A stretch of DNA of 63,794 bases, the filler included, from Octopus bimaculoides (lineage: Eukaryota), in NCBI RefSeq assembly GCF_001194135.2. It is 6 parts of 6 records of this genome, joined end to end, with 100 filler letters (N's around TTAATTAATTAA, not from the genome) between each part and the next. Parts side by side here need not be neighbours in the genome. Positions count along the whole stretch, not along the records: positions 42,103 to 62,526 come from NC_068986.1; positions 62,627 to 63,794 come from NW_026429784.1; 4 more parts are not named here. One strand, 5' to 3'. Made by a program: the position numbers and the translations under genes. Under the pieces are notes generated by a model that did no database searches, was not told the DNA's origin, and worked only from the letters and a program-made list of their open reading frames with translations. How positions within the stretch are numbered: the stretch's first letter is position 1; every line of letters starts with the position of its first letter. This document shows, one piece after another, positions 49,401-62,969 of the stretch.

Positions 49401-52400
49401 AAACTTATGAAACAAATGAAACGTGGTATTAAAGCAATATGAAAAATATTGAAATTTGAAAGGGAATGACATGTAAATCGCAAAAATGATAAAAAAGAAC
49501 CATCTCTATCAAATACAAATTAGCAAAACAATATAACCGAAAGCAAGAATGTCTTAGAAAAATAGTTTCTTGCCAAATCCCTAAAATAACGTTCTTCCGT
49601 AAGCGTCTTTCGTCAAAGAAACATTTTTTCGCGTTAAACATAAAACAATGTTTCGCATATCCAGTCTAAAATAAAGAAATGTAAGTAAAATATTTGTAGA
49701 GAAATAAAAAAAAAACTAATTTTGCCATCGGCCATGCATACAATGCAAACATCAAGCATTTGTCCAAGAGATTTGTTTACAGAATTGGTGTAACGCCAAA
49801 GAGCGCAGGTACTAGATAACATTATTCCGATATTGTTCAAGTATGTGACAATTTGCAAAGCTTTGGGCTAGATGAACTAGAGGATTGCATCAAAAAGTTT
49901 GTACAGAAAATGAATGGTTTAGAGAACAAACACCAACATTTTCTGAAGAACTTAATCAAAAAGAGAATAATTTTTATTAATGAACTATTATGCTCAGCAC
50001 CGCTTCAGTTTTATGAGTGAAGCAAGTAAAATATGGAAACAAAATAAATACCATCTGAGGATATTTATACAGTTCCATTCATAAACGAAAATTATCAAAT
50101 CAGAAGAGATGAATATTAAGAGATCCATTGCAAATCTCATGAACCTCTCCACTTCTCTTCACATTGTAACTGTCAAGCTAAACGCTGCTGTAAGTTGCAA
50201 GAGCTGTATAGTGAAAATGAATCTTCTCATAGTTGCAGAGGACATTCATTCTGAAGTATCAGTAAGAAAATCAAAATCAGAGCTGTGGGGATGTGTGGGG
50301 GGAGTGTAAGTTTCAACAGGAACAAGTTCGATTAAACCGACGAATGTCACATATGAAAAACCAGGAAGGCTACAACAACGGGTGCACAAAAGAAGTACAT
50401 AAAAAATTAAAATGGAAAGATCCAGTATATGCTATATTGCACATGATATTAACACTTTTTACCATACATTATAATATATCTGTTTATTAACAGGGACTCA
50501 GAAAGTGCAAAGAAGTATACTGAGATAGTTACGGAGCCGAATAAAAGACCTAACTAGCTTACTGTGATGGAAACAAATTTCTTTCCCCCAAAATACCTTC
50601 AGAACTGACCATAAAAACTAATGACACAAAACAAAACTTTTCTACAACACATGAAGATTTAAAAAGACTTAGCAAATATCCATCTTAAAATAAAAACCGC
50701 ATTCCCGATAAGTCTTATGTATACTACAAAATTCAAATGACTATAAAAATAAACGAGTGAAGAACAAACCTATAAAAAATAAGAGCAGGAAAAACAAATA
50801 TCTGAGCAATGCTTCGATTTACTATCAGAATATGCTTGACAGTATTCCCCACAAAGGGGCTCAGAGAAACAGTAATCATTTCTGAGTTATCACTGTAAGG
50901 GGATACATATGTTTAGAAAATACAGAGACAGTGAATATTGAAAATGCATGTAAAATGGAATGGTAAAAAAGAAAGTATTGATCATTACATGAAGCATACT
51001 GGAAGAAGGTTCCCGCTCTCTGCAATCACTTTTTACACTAAAAGTAGCATATCTGAATGAAATATTATTGCAAATTTGTCTCCGAAACTAATCTTAATGT
51101 AAGGCAATCTGTGATATTTTGTATAGTCAAACTCAATGTAGAAAGCACAAAAGTTATAGAAATGCATAGGCAGGAATTATATAAAACTTATTTTTTAAAT
51201 TCAATCATCATTGGATTATCGACTAGATGTGACTTTGCCGTGAACATCTTGAATGTTAGAGTCAAACACATCGAAACTTTTAAATATGCGAACCTATACA
51301 TATATTCTAAAAGTATTCGCTGTCGCGAACGCGCATGCATCGATACACACGCATATGCAGATACATAAGTATGTATATATGCACACGCGCATTGTTTTAT
51401 GTGTGCGCGCGCATGAACTGAGAGTCTGTTAAAATAGTAATTCTACAAAAAAAAAATGTAATTTAGGTGATACATATATATTTCATCTTCTACACACACA
51501 TATCATTAAAGTTATAGTTCACATATAAAAAGACAGGTGAAATGTTCCTGCGTGTTAATTGCACAAAGCAATTATATCATCATTAAAATACATTATTACA
51601 ACAGCTGTATTATTTTTAGGCTTGTATTTTTACACCTACGAAGGAGAAAATGCTGAGTTTGGTTTTCTTCGTTGTGAAACTTTAATGTAATTTTAAAATT
51701 ACGCACCATCTGCAAACAAGGTAGTATTTCATGTTTGCTGTAATTTTTTGACGAGACGAAGTTATTATGAAATGTGTTAACTATGTTGTAACGCTCAAAC
51801 GAATATTCATCCCAACGCATTTGAATTAAGAATATTACAATAACATAAAATTGGTTTTAAAAGAAACTGAAAGAAAAAAAAATAAATCGAAGTAGTATAA
51901 AACGATGTCGTATTTTGAATATGCATATGCATGTGCATTCGATTATTGAAGGAAATGAGATTAAACAGTATGGATGGAAACGGAAGAAGGAATAAGAGGA
52001 AAATTATTGAATAAAGATAAGCGAGATGAAGGGAAGGACTACCATGAATGGGTGAAGGGTGACATTGGAAAGGAACGGTAAACAAGGAAAGCAAAAAAGA
52101 AAAAAAAATTAAACCTCCAAAACATGAAATTGATTAGACTATAGAATGTTGGATTTAACGGAGAATAGGTTTGAATAAAAACAAAATAATAGTCAGGGGG
52201 AAATTGAAGAGCATGATAGTGAAAGTAGATTGCGAGCTGTAAAAATCATGAAGTCTGGACTAAATGTAGGAAGAATTAAATATTGTACGATTCTTACGTA
52301 ATGGAAAAGTAACTACGAAAGATATTTAACTAGATCTAATATTGAAAATGAATCGCATAGTTTCTTCATTACTGACACGTTACATTCCCAAACTACAAGA

Positions 52401-53721
52401 AATCACAGAAAACTACATAGTGGTCCAGTGATTCAGTGATTCAGATTCATACAAATTCACATATTAATATACAGACATATGTATCGTGTGTATATATATA
52501 TATATATATATATATGAAATTTTGTATGGAGCTCGAACTCGGACAGCATATATGAAATCTACCCTGACATCCCATGGCGTACTTTGAGCTCCAGGTTTGT
52601 ACTTCTACACAGAATATCTAACGGAATGTATTTCGCCTGCAGCAATTTCCGGTAAGAACATCTTTCCATAGCCCAGTGTTCCCGGGGAAGTAAAATATTG
52701 TACTTACATATACTTCAATTAACGCTGCAAAGCCCACTATCATCAAGTACTCTGGTTTCAGTAAGCATCGCACACGTAGGCAAAATATAATTTGCAATCT
52801 AAATATAACGAATGCTATAGTTTAACCGCGCATAAACGTATCCCACCTACTGCTCGACGCCGCCAACTATAGCTCAGCTGTATATTTTTCCATTTAGATT
52901 AATTTTCATAAACCACCGCTTTGCACAAACAAGTTTACAAAAAAGCACATTATAACTGTGCAAAGACACATCCTGTGTGTATTTATATACAAAATTTACG
53001 CATTTATATACATGCAGTGTATATCATAATGATAACAGTAATTCCAAGTAATTAAAATGTGTGTACTTAAGATTAAGTCTACAAACATGTTTTGAGGTTC
53101 ATTTCTGTTTGTTTGCCAGCGGCTCTAAAACTTAAATTTACAGAAAATTTTAAAATTTGTCACAATAATACACTTGCTCGAAGTAAATTGCTGGAGGTAT
53201 TTCATCTTTTCTAGAGAAAATGCTTTTAAAAAGCTATAGAGGTTTAATGTTTGATCATTTTCAGCAGATCAGGAAACAGGATTTGGAAGCTTTCATTCTG
53301 TGCGTGAATGTACATTTTGTCAACATCCTGAAAATAGCACGCGTTGACAATATTTGTTAAAAACACTTGTTATTTCTTCGTGTAAATAAATAATTATGTT
53401 CTTTAAAAGAGAAAAACGGCTAGTTTTAAATCTCTGAGTGAGATGTTGGCAAAAAAAAATGTAAATGGTTTATCGAAAAACTTTTGTTTAGCTGTTATTT
53501 TTAGCACACCGCACAACCACCTCAACTCTGAATGACAGAAAGAAACAAACATTAAAAAAAAAAGAATAATAAAATAAATATGCTTAATTGCAATTTAAAT
53601 ATGAATGCAGAAAAAACCTGTCTGGTCTCGTGACACGCTCACTTGGATACCCATTTTCAGGTAGGCCCATCTTCGGTTGACCTCTGTCAACATGTGTTTC
53701 TTCGCAGACTTTTTAAAGACT

Positions 53722-53735
53722 GTTACTATGGCAAC
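53722..53735. promoter_or_regulatory. RFX X-box-like motif GTTACTATGGCAAC
   Basis: 12/14 match to the palindromic GTTGCCATGGCAAC; motif match only, no linked gene seen. Confidence 0.25.
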
Positions 53736-54329
53736 AAGCAAAAGTGTTTTTGTTACTATCGAAACAGACATGAATGTGTCTATGTCTTACGATTGGCTAA
53801 AATTAACAAAATTTTCGAAATTTAATTATGAATAACTCTTTATTTATTTATTTATAGCGAAAATTACTTTCACCTCATTAATTAGTCTATAAAAGTTAAG
53901 CATTACACGGAATATGTAATCAATTCAGACAGAAAGTTTACGCTGGCAGCCGCTGGCATCCAGATAGAAATGATCCTCTTTTGATCCAAATGTGAAAGGC
54001 ATTATAACATGTATACACAAGATTAATATGCCTAATGTCACCTAGAATTATCGAGGGAAAGTGACACCCAGCGAATTCTTCGAATAGAAGTACTTTTACA
54101 AAATCGAATACAAGAAACTCATCAGAATTACTAACAGAGAATTTAAGGCTGAAAGTTGAAAACCACTCGCCCAGGAAATTTAGCGAGGTGTACATTACTA
54201 TAATATCGCTTCTCGATGTGAAAAACGCTTTAGGAGAGGAGTTTCAGATAATTCAGAACCTGTTTACTCATAGGATCAGACAAAGAAAGTATTTTTTTTA
54301 TTTTTCTATGACATTTCCTACTAGTGACG

Positions 54330-55010
54330 GCGGATGAGGTGGTTGGCTGAGAGGTGGGATACAGAGTGAGGGAAAGTAGTAAGATACTTGGAGGTGTGAA
54401 AGGTCTGCTGAGAGATAAAAAGGTTGGGGCTGAGAGAGGTGGAAAGGAGTCGACTAGATGTGTTTGAGATGCGATGTCTGAGTGCTATGGCTGGTATGAC
54501 ATGGATGGACTAGATGAGGAATCAGGAGGTGCGTAGGCGAGCAGGAACGAGAGAAAAAAACTAACAACCAAAATGGATAGACGAATGTTGATGTGGTTTA
54601 GCCACATGGAAAGGATGGATGGGGAGCGTATGGTAAGGAGGGTAGTGAAGGCAGAAGTAATAGTCAGCAAAACCAGAGGCAGAATTCGGGTTGTGTGGAT
54701 GGATGAAAGGAAGAATGCTTTGGTCGTTAGAAGTGTTGGAATAAGAGCGGCAAGAGAGTTTATAAATTTTAGGGAAGGTTGGAGTTTGTTTGTGGACGGA
54801 TGAGTGAGTCTGATGTTGCTCTAAGGGGGTACGGAACCAGCATGATGCGATGGGGGTAAGCCAACATATGCTGTCGTGCGCCGCTGCGAGCTTCGTTCCA
54901 GGCCTTGACCTGAGCATAGAAAGGGGCACGCCTCTTTGGGCTGGGAAATGATTGGAATGCTAGTGCGTGTCTTGTTGTGGCTATCCCCTCCTAACAAAAC
55001 AGGGAATAGG
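54330..55010 (+). mobile_element. RTE LINE 3' end and probable 3' UTR (different subfamily)
   Basis: RLDVFEMRCL..M.G.T..D..RN.EVRRR...MLMWFSHMERMDGERMVRRV...RGR....WMD, stop at 54803. Confidence 0.85.
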
Positions 55011-55015
55011 CCTGG

Positions 55016-55342
55016 GGGATCTATTTTAAAACGGGGGCCATATTTTTCATTAATGTTTTACGTAGTGTTTTAGGTACGGAAAGACTTTCAAACTTCGTAT
55101 ACTTATCTATTTTGTGTTAAAGAACAGAAAAATATTTTTGTATTCGAATTTATTTCATGTAAAAAATTGTCTTATTTCGATAATTTCAACCAATCATTGA
55201 CAAGTATTCAGTTGTTTACATTTATTCCTTTGGCTGATTAAGCGATGTAAAGCGTATTTAATCTCCATAGCTTCGTTTTATTTGCTTTTTTCATTTTAAA
55301 TTTGCTTTAACCCTAACCCTAACCCTAACCCTACGGTTAGGG
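55016..55342. mobile_element. Second fold-back element copy (left arm and telomeric centre, then a gap)
   Basis: 55016-55060 matches the reverse complement of 22791-22835 at 43/45; ends (CCCTAA)3CCCTA-CG-GTTAGGG. Confidence 0.75.
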
Positions 55343-55943
55343 NNNNNNNNNNNNNNNNNNNNNNNNNNNNNNNNNNNNNNNNNNNNNNNNNNNNNNNNNN
55401 NNNNNNNNNNNNNNNNNNNNNNNNNNNNNNNNNNNNNNNNNNNNNNNNNNNNNNNNNNNNNNNNNNNNNNNNNNNNNNNNNNNNNNNNNNNNNNNNNNNN
55501 NNNNNNNNNNNNNNNNNNNNNNNNNNNNNNNNNNNNNNNNNNNNNNNNNNNNNNNNNNNNNNNNNNNNNNNNNNNNNNNNNNNNNNNNNNNNNNNNNNNN
55601 NNNNNNNNNNNNNNNNNNNNNNNNNNNNNNNNNNNNNNNNNNNNNNNNNNNNNNNNNNNNNNNNNNNNNNNNNNNNNNNNNNNNNNNNNNNNNNNNNNNN
55701 NNNNNNNNNNNNNNNNNNNNNNNNNNNNNNNNNNNNNNNNNNNNNNNNNNNNNNNNNTATACACAGATATATATGCGCACACATATATATATACAATCAC
55801 GCACAAACACACTTTATTAAGAAAAGGCATAAAAAATGTCACAAAAATGTTACTCAGAGTTTCACGGTCCAATTCGTCGGACACTTTTGTTTAGAATGGA
55901 AATAAAATGAGGTTATATGCATAAATATACAATTGCTTTGATA

Positions 55944-56345
55944 GATAGGAGTGGCTGTGTGGTAAGTAGCTTGCTTACGAACAACATGGTTCCGGGTTGA
56001 GACCCACTGCGTAGTACCTTGGGCAAGTGTCTTCTACTATAGTCTCGGGCCGACCAAAGACTTGTGAGTGGATTTGGTAGACGGAAGCTTAAAGAGGCCC
56101 ATCGTATATGTGCATACATATATGTATGTGTGTGTATATATTTGCGTGTCTGTGTTTGTCCCCCAACAACGCTTGAGAACCAATGCTGGTGTGTTCATGT
56201 CCCCTTAAATTAGCGATTCGGCAAAAGAAACCGATAGAATAAGTACTAGGCTTACAAAGTGTAAGTCCTGGGGTCGATTTGCTCGACTAAAGGTGGTGCT
56301 CTAGCATGGCCTCAGTGAAACGACTGAAACAAGTATAAAACAGAG
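55944..56345 (+). mobile_element. SINE family B, full length
   Basis: Collinear with 10607-11012. Confidence 0.88.
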
Positions 56346-56347
56346 TA

Positions 56348-56378
<31 letters not shown>

Positions 56379-56458
56379 AGAATTTACGAAAAAAGCAACA
56401 GACAGGTGGTGTAAACAACAAAAGGATATATTAGTTTAACGCTCGGGAATACAGAAAG

Positions 56459-56495
56459 TCTTTAATGTTTCGAGCTACGCTCTTCAACAGAAAGA
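56459..56495 (-). ncRNA. Atypical minimal type I hammerhead-like motif of the Penelope type
   Basis: Minus strand: TCTTT-CTGTTGA-A-GAGC(GTA)GCTC-GAAA-CAT-T-AAAGA. Stems I and II pair; A6>U, an extra A, and CGT>CAT in stem III. Confidence 0.5.
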
Positions 56496-57001
56496 ATATG
56501 GAGAAAACAAGGAGAAAAACACGGAAGGACATAATACCTCCTGGTTTGTGCTTATATAACTTAGTTGTTACAGGCGAGAAAAAAAGAACGAAAAGAAAAT
56601 CAGAGAATAACAAGTGGTGGGAGAAAGTATAAAGGAAAAGAAAAAAAAAAGAAATCAAAGAATAAGAAGCAGAAAATTAGAAAAGGAAAGAGAAAAATAG
56701 ATAAAGGTAAGGGGTAAGATGATTTGAAAGTTGGCGTTCCTAAAAAAGTATCCTGCGAATGTTAGAAACTTCGTTCAGCTTGCAAACGCACACGTATGAG
56801 AACGCACACAGAAAATGAGAAGTATATCTGCTTAAATACAAATATACATACAAATACACACACATACAAATATAGAAATAAACATATACGTAAATATATA
56901 TACGTATATTCACATCAAGATAAATATATACACGTAACGTATATACGCATGCACCATATAAAACAAAACTTTCTATATCTCTATCTCTCTATCTATCTAC
57001 C

Positions 57002-57101
<100 letters not shown>

Positions 57102-58212
57102 TGGATTATTCTGTGTGGATGTGCTTATGTATGTTGTGGAAACACCTAATGCCAAATTACGTTCCTGCGCCTTCTCTGCAGGCAAATGCAATCAGTTGAT
57201 ATTATTAATTATAATCACTATGTTAGAGACCAGATAAATTACTTCCTTCATGAAAATTTGCTCCTTTGAAATTTTGTGGGATAAATTCCCATGTGCATAA
57301 TCATGTTCTATTATTCGTGTACGCCTCTGCATCTCATTACTGACAAACCCGACTTCCGTATTCTAATGTCTGTTTATGTAGGTCTGAATTTACTAATGTC
57401 TTCAACTACATATGTATGAAGTACTTCATGTTGTCTGCTTACATTAAGATGACTTGTATTTCTGTAATGCCCAGGCAAATAATTATGTGCTTCATATATT
57501 TGCTTGAATATGAATCTCAAGTTGGTGTATATCGTTCAAAAGTTTTCAGTAGAGATGAAAGCCACAAGAAGTAACAATTTTTTTTTTAAATGCCGAGGAC
57601 AAAGTAGCTTATCGACTTTACCTCAAACCTCTATGTATAACAGATATTACATTTACTGGAAATTATACTTCGATATTCAAAGACCGGATTAGTAACATGA
57701 AGCGAGAAAAAACCCATCAGGTATTACAAGGATCAGCATATTCATATTCTACATTTCTAATATCCCTGAACAAAGTACGTAGCTTCTGAGAAAATGCAAC
57801 TCCTCATCCTTCAGCTGCAGATGTTCCAAAACAGGCCAGCGTTCGAGTGTTAACAATTTAATGTGTACAAGAGTTTGAAGGAAAATTGTTATATAAGTAG
57901 GAGTGGTACGTACGGAAACTTCCTCAAATCTGAAGCTATCAACTATTGCTAGATCGTACACATCCATACTCAATACAAATATAATTGTGGGGGGGGTGCA
58001 TATATTCCACTGGTTTCATGAATGGTGTAGGATAGTAGAGCTTTAGATATTGCAATGTTTCATTTTCAAATGATTGGAGAAGGCGTGGTGTATTACGCAA
58101 AAACATGATTCCTTGATTCCGGCTGGCAATTCTATTTTTTATCAAACAGAGCAGTAATTCTTTTACTGATGTACATGAACATGTTTCTTTAGCTAGTGGA
58201 TTATACTTCTTA

Positions 58213-58630
58213 AAGGAAGCGAGCTGGCAGAAACGTTAGCACGCCGGACGAAATGCTTAGCGGTATTTCATCTCCCGTTATGTTCTGAGTTCAAATTCCG
58301 CCGAGGTCGACTTTGACTTTCATCCTTTCAGGGTCGATAAATTAAGTACCAGTTACGCACTGGAGTCGATGTAATCGACTTAATCCCTTTGTCTGTCCTT
58401 GTTTGTCTCCTCTGTGTTTAGCCCCTTGTGGGCAATAAAGAAATAAGAGATGTTAGCACGCCGGGCGAAATGCTTAGCATATTTCGTCTGCGCTACGTTC
58501 TGAGTTCAAATTACGCCGATGTCGATTTTTCATTTCATCCTTTCGGGGTCGATTAAATACGTACCAGTTGCCTACTGGGTCAATCTAATCGACTGACCTT
58601 CCCCCAAAATTTCAGGCTTTATTCCTATGA
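58213..58630 (+). mobile_element. Head-to-tail SINE family A dimer
   Basis: Unit 58229-58445 is 217 bp, with the same junction as the trimer at 43.7-44.2 kb. Confidence 0.9.
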
Positions 58631-59534
58631 ATATAAACAATTTTCCTCTTATAATATCTTAAGCTACTAAAGATCTGGGTTAACTACCCGGAAGTCAACT
58701 TCGATTAATGACGTCGTAATTATATTCGTTATTCCACCATATTTCTACATATTCACAATATTGTTTCGCAACATACCGTCAGATTAATGTTGTATGACTT
58801 TAAATCTCGACACCATTTTTATGTGCTGGAACGGAATATATTTATTTCTGACATCCATTCTAATTAGTACGAAGGCATAACAGATCGATTCAAAAATCTG
58901 GTCACTTTTTTTTTCTACCACTTAAGAATCACGGTGTAGCTGAAGTAGTTCAGAATAATTCTGATACTGAGTAGCAGTTTTCAGTAAATTAACTAGAAAT
59001 TGCGAGGGATCTCAAGAGCATTCGTAATCGGGTATAACAATATCAATATGTAGAAATCCACAATAATAAACGATTGAAACTGAAGATTCTATGGTTAATG
59101 ATTCGGAAAATTTATTATGAATTTGTGCAGTGGTCCAATTCTAAATATTCTGATATCAGATATGAAACCATTAAAAAATCAGTTTACTGTCGCCGATAGA
59201 TTGTCACATTTTCACGTGTAGTATGTGTTAAAATAAACCATCTTACTGCATTATGAAGATATTCACTTAATCTGGAAATTACTAAGGAAGTCACAGATAT
59301 TCCCTCTTGCCAAAATTTTGTCTATTCTCTTTCTGTACAAGTACGCATAGAGACGCACAGCCACGCCAACGGAGTTTGAATTAATCTGGAGTTCCATTAA
59401 TGTCTTATGAAATACTTATGATATTAATTGAAAATGTTGAATGCTACTCACTTTTCTTTGTTCACTTTTCTATGCATAACTGTGGGTGTCTTTATGTGTA
59501 CGTGAGAGAGTGAGTGTGTGTGTGTGTGTGTGCC

Positions 59535-59570
<36 letters not shown>

Positions 59571-60480
59571 TGTGTGTGTGAGAGACAGAGAGAGATAGTG
59601 AGAGACAGAGAGAAATAGTGAGAAACAGAGAAAGAGAGTGAGCATGTGCTTACGTTTATGATATAACCCGAATATCCACTCGAACATTGGAGCATACATG
59701 ACAAAATGTCTGCAATTTCATTAATTACTGATAGAATAGAAAAGGAAAAGGCAATAATGCTTAAATGGTAATTGAAATAACAAGACTTAAAGGGAAAGTA
59801 GAATGTGTGATGACACAAACTGAACTATTTGGCGAGTGTCAATTACAAATCTTAGAAGGGGAAAATTATCGTAATTAGCAATATTCATAATTCCATGGAC
59901 AGTTAATTTTATGGGTGTCTAACAAGAGAATATTTTAAGGGTACCTATAACAAGCTAAGGTGTGATCTATTAATCATTTTTCTGTGTATATATTCCGTAT
60001 GCATTTTAAAATTAAAGTGATAGAATTCGTTTGAAGTATGAATTAATAAATTTTATATTCATGAATAAAGGAAATAGTCTTAAGCTGTTTGTTAATTAAA
60101 TGTGTTAGAAAAATAAATATAGATATTAATTCGGTTATATAATTATTAAATGAACATTTCTATTAAAATGAACGAGCTTATGTTTTATATGAAGAGGAAA
60201 GATAATACAAAATGTATATTGGCATTCGTGATATTAAGGAAGAAATTTAAGCTAATACAAAAAAAAATATCAAGTGCATATTTTAAAAATTCTCTAAAAT
60301 GACGTGATTGTCATAACTTTGAAAATAACACAAATTAACGTATCATCATTTTAATTATAATGCTGTGATTAATTATTGCACTGCGTTTACTATGCAGTGA
60401 TACTCGAACTTATATATGTGTTAGTGTTCGTGTATGTGTTGTGTATATGTGTGTGCTTGTGCTAATATAAGCAAATTCAA

Positions 60481-60675
60481 AGGCGGTGAGCTTGCAGAAA
60501 AGTTAGCCCGTCGAGCGAAATGCTTAGCGGTATGTCGTCTGTCTTTATGTTCTGAGTTCAAATACTTTGCCCTTCATCCTTTCGGGATCGATAAATTAAG
60601 TACCAGTTGCATACTGGGGTCGATCTAATCGACTGGCAAAACTTTCGAGACTTGTGCCTGCAGCAGAAAAGGAAA
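60481..60675 (+). mobile_element. SINE family A
   Basis: AGGCGGTGAGCTTGCAGAAAAGTTAGC...CCCTTCATCCTTTCGGGATCGATAAATTAAGTACCAG. Confidence 0.85.
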
Positions 60676-62526
60676 TAACCAAATTCATTTGTGAAGGATG
60701 GTCGCAATCCTATAGAATAGCACGAAACGAAACGCGCGAGGTCATACGCAGACATGCAAAAACAAATCGCTATATACAAATATGTGTGCACGGGCATGTC
60801 TGTATATGTATTTTCGCATGTATTCATATATATACATGTAAGCAACAAGGATATCCAGAGGTAATGCAGTATGACGTTTCATGCAACTCCATTTAATTGA
60901 AAAATGCAATAATTACATCAATTTAAAATGCAGAGCAATCCTCAGTTGCACAAAGACATAGAATTGAATTAAATTAGAAGAGATCGACACATTAGTATAA
61001 TTATACCTAAAATCTCCAAGAAGTTAAGGAGATAGACAATGAACATGTTGTCTCCACTTCAGCATAGAAGTTACTTTATTTCACGTTGCTCCAGTTAAGA
61101 TTAACTAACCAACAAACAGCTAACGTTTGAAGTCATATTCTTTTTCTTTATGTCAACAGACATTTTTTTAAAGTTAAATAAATATCGATCCATCTTGCTG
61201 CTAGTATGATATTTTAGAATACATATGATATCTGCATTATTAATTATTCTATGTAACAAACTGGCAGCCGTCGTCATACTAGTGCTCTGCTCTGAGTCTT
61301 GCGACACGGTTTCAAGTATATTTATATCATATTTATTTCAAGAAATGCTTGCATAAGCTGCGGAACATAAAGGAATAATACACTAAATTATATGAATAAT
61401 TTAATCTTAGTGGTGAAGGAAGATACCTAATGTCAATGTTCTGCGTTATAAATGCTCATAAAAGTTTCTCATTCATGGAATAGAATGAGTAATACACTAT
61501 CTAGATTATTTCTAGACAGGCACCTCTCCCTACGGAGTTGCAAATCCAAGAAGAACGATCAAGGGAGCTAATTCATATAGTGTGAGCTCACATAATCTCC
61601 ATTATATTATATACATTTATGTGCGATATAATTCCTTTATTATTTTTTCCAAATTATTTCCGACTTGGCACAGATCCATTATTAATAATATAGAACTCAC
61701 CCTTAGGCACATGGCCAGCTATATAAAGAAACATCTAAATCGATCGCTTGTCCTTCACTACAATAGAAAATATATGCTACTTTCTTTAGCCATATCGTAA
61801 TGAAGAATACGATATTTGAACTCAGAAAATTAGAGCATGTAAATTTAATATAGCAATGAACTTATCAGGCGTTCCAGAGTTTATGCCAAATAGCCGCAGT
61901 CTGTATTGCTGAAAATAATACAAAGAACAGCTAACTGCCCTACAAACAATATTTCTTTTTCTTTTATGTGAAGATATAATTTTTGGCATTTGAGCAATGT
62001 AAGATATTCGTAAGTAAACTGAACCTAGAGTAAATTCAGTAGATATTTTAGGTAACGTATTTAGGATATAAATAAAGAAATGTACATAATATTTTTTTTC
62101 TTTTAATAGTGTCAGTTATATGCAGGAAGATATAACTGTTTTGCTCTAAAACCCTCACTTGATTATAAATACACATATTATAAGTGCGTTTGTACTTATA
62201 AGCATATACATTATGTATGTATGTATGTATGTATATATGTATGTATATATATATTTGTGTATACAAATTTAATTTGCGGTCCATGGGAAGAGCCGTTTTA
62301 ACGATGCGTCCTGCCCAGCTCTTCGAAACGCCGGTGTTAAAACGGGGGTAGCTGATGAAGTAGAATGTTCTCTATGTGGCTTGTGTGTTTTCTCGTCTAC
62401 GTTTTGTTTGTAATGTCCTGTACCCAGATATGCACCTATACATACAGGCGGATGTCGGTACGCACATACCTGTACGTATATATGCATATACTCATTTACT
62501 ATTTGTTTATATATATATATATATAT

Positions 62527-62626
62527 NNNNNNNNNNNNNNNNNNNNNNNNNNNNNNNNNNNNNNNNNNNNTTAATTAATTAANNNNNNNNNNNNNNNNNN
62601 NNNNNNNNNNNNNNNNNNNNNNNNNN
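62527..62626. other. Artificial scaffold linker (44N-TTAATTAATTAA-44N)
   Basis: Counted directly. Confidence 0.95.
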
Positions 62627-62799
62627 ATAAATATATATATATAGATAGATGTGATGCCAGCGTGGTAGCATCATTCAAAAGCTAGAATCACGCAAAGCGC
62701 ATTGTGACCAGCGATATATAACAACATGCAATCGTGTGGTCGCTCACGTGATAAATAAATATGTGTGTGTGCACGCGCGTGCATGTGTGTGTAGGCGCA

Positions 62800-62965
62800 C
62801 ACATGTCTGTTTGTCCCCATCACATCTTCAGCAAAAGAGACTAATGGAATAAGTATTAGTCTTTAGGGGAAAGAGTAGTGGAGTCCTTTCGTCCGACTGA
62901 AATCCTTGCAGGCGGTGCTCCAGCATGGCCGCAGTCTATTGCCTGAAACATGTGAAAGATAAAAG
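62800..62965 (+). mobile_element. SINE family B-related 3' half, diverged
   Basis: TGTTTGTCCCC...GCAAAAGAGAC...GGCGGTGCTCCAGCATGGCCGCAGTC...CTGAAACA. Confidence 0.65.
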
Positions 62966-62969
62966 ATCA

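Noticed and set aside
50500-50900. R4 RT motif relic (YYQNMLDSIPH)
   Set aside because: A single weak motif, out of order relative to the 48.6-kb fragment; not enough to call.
62337-62348. TTAAAACGGGGG shared with the fold-back TIR
   Set aside because: Only 12 bp with unrelated flanks; likely coincidence.
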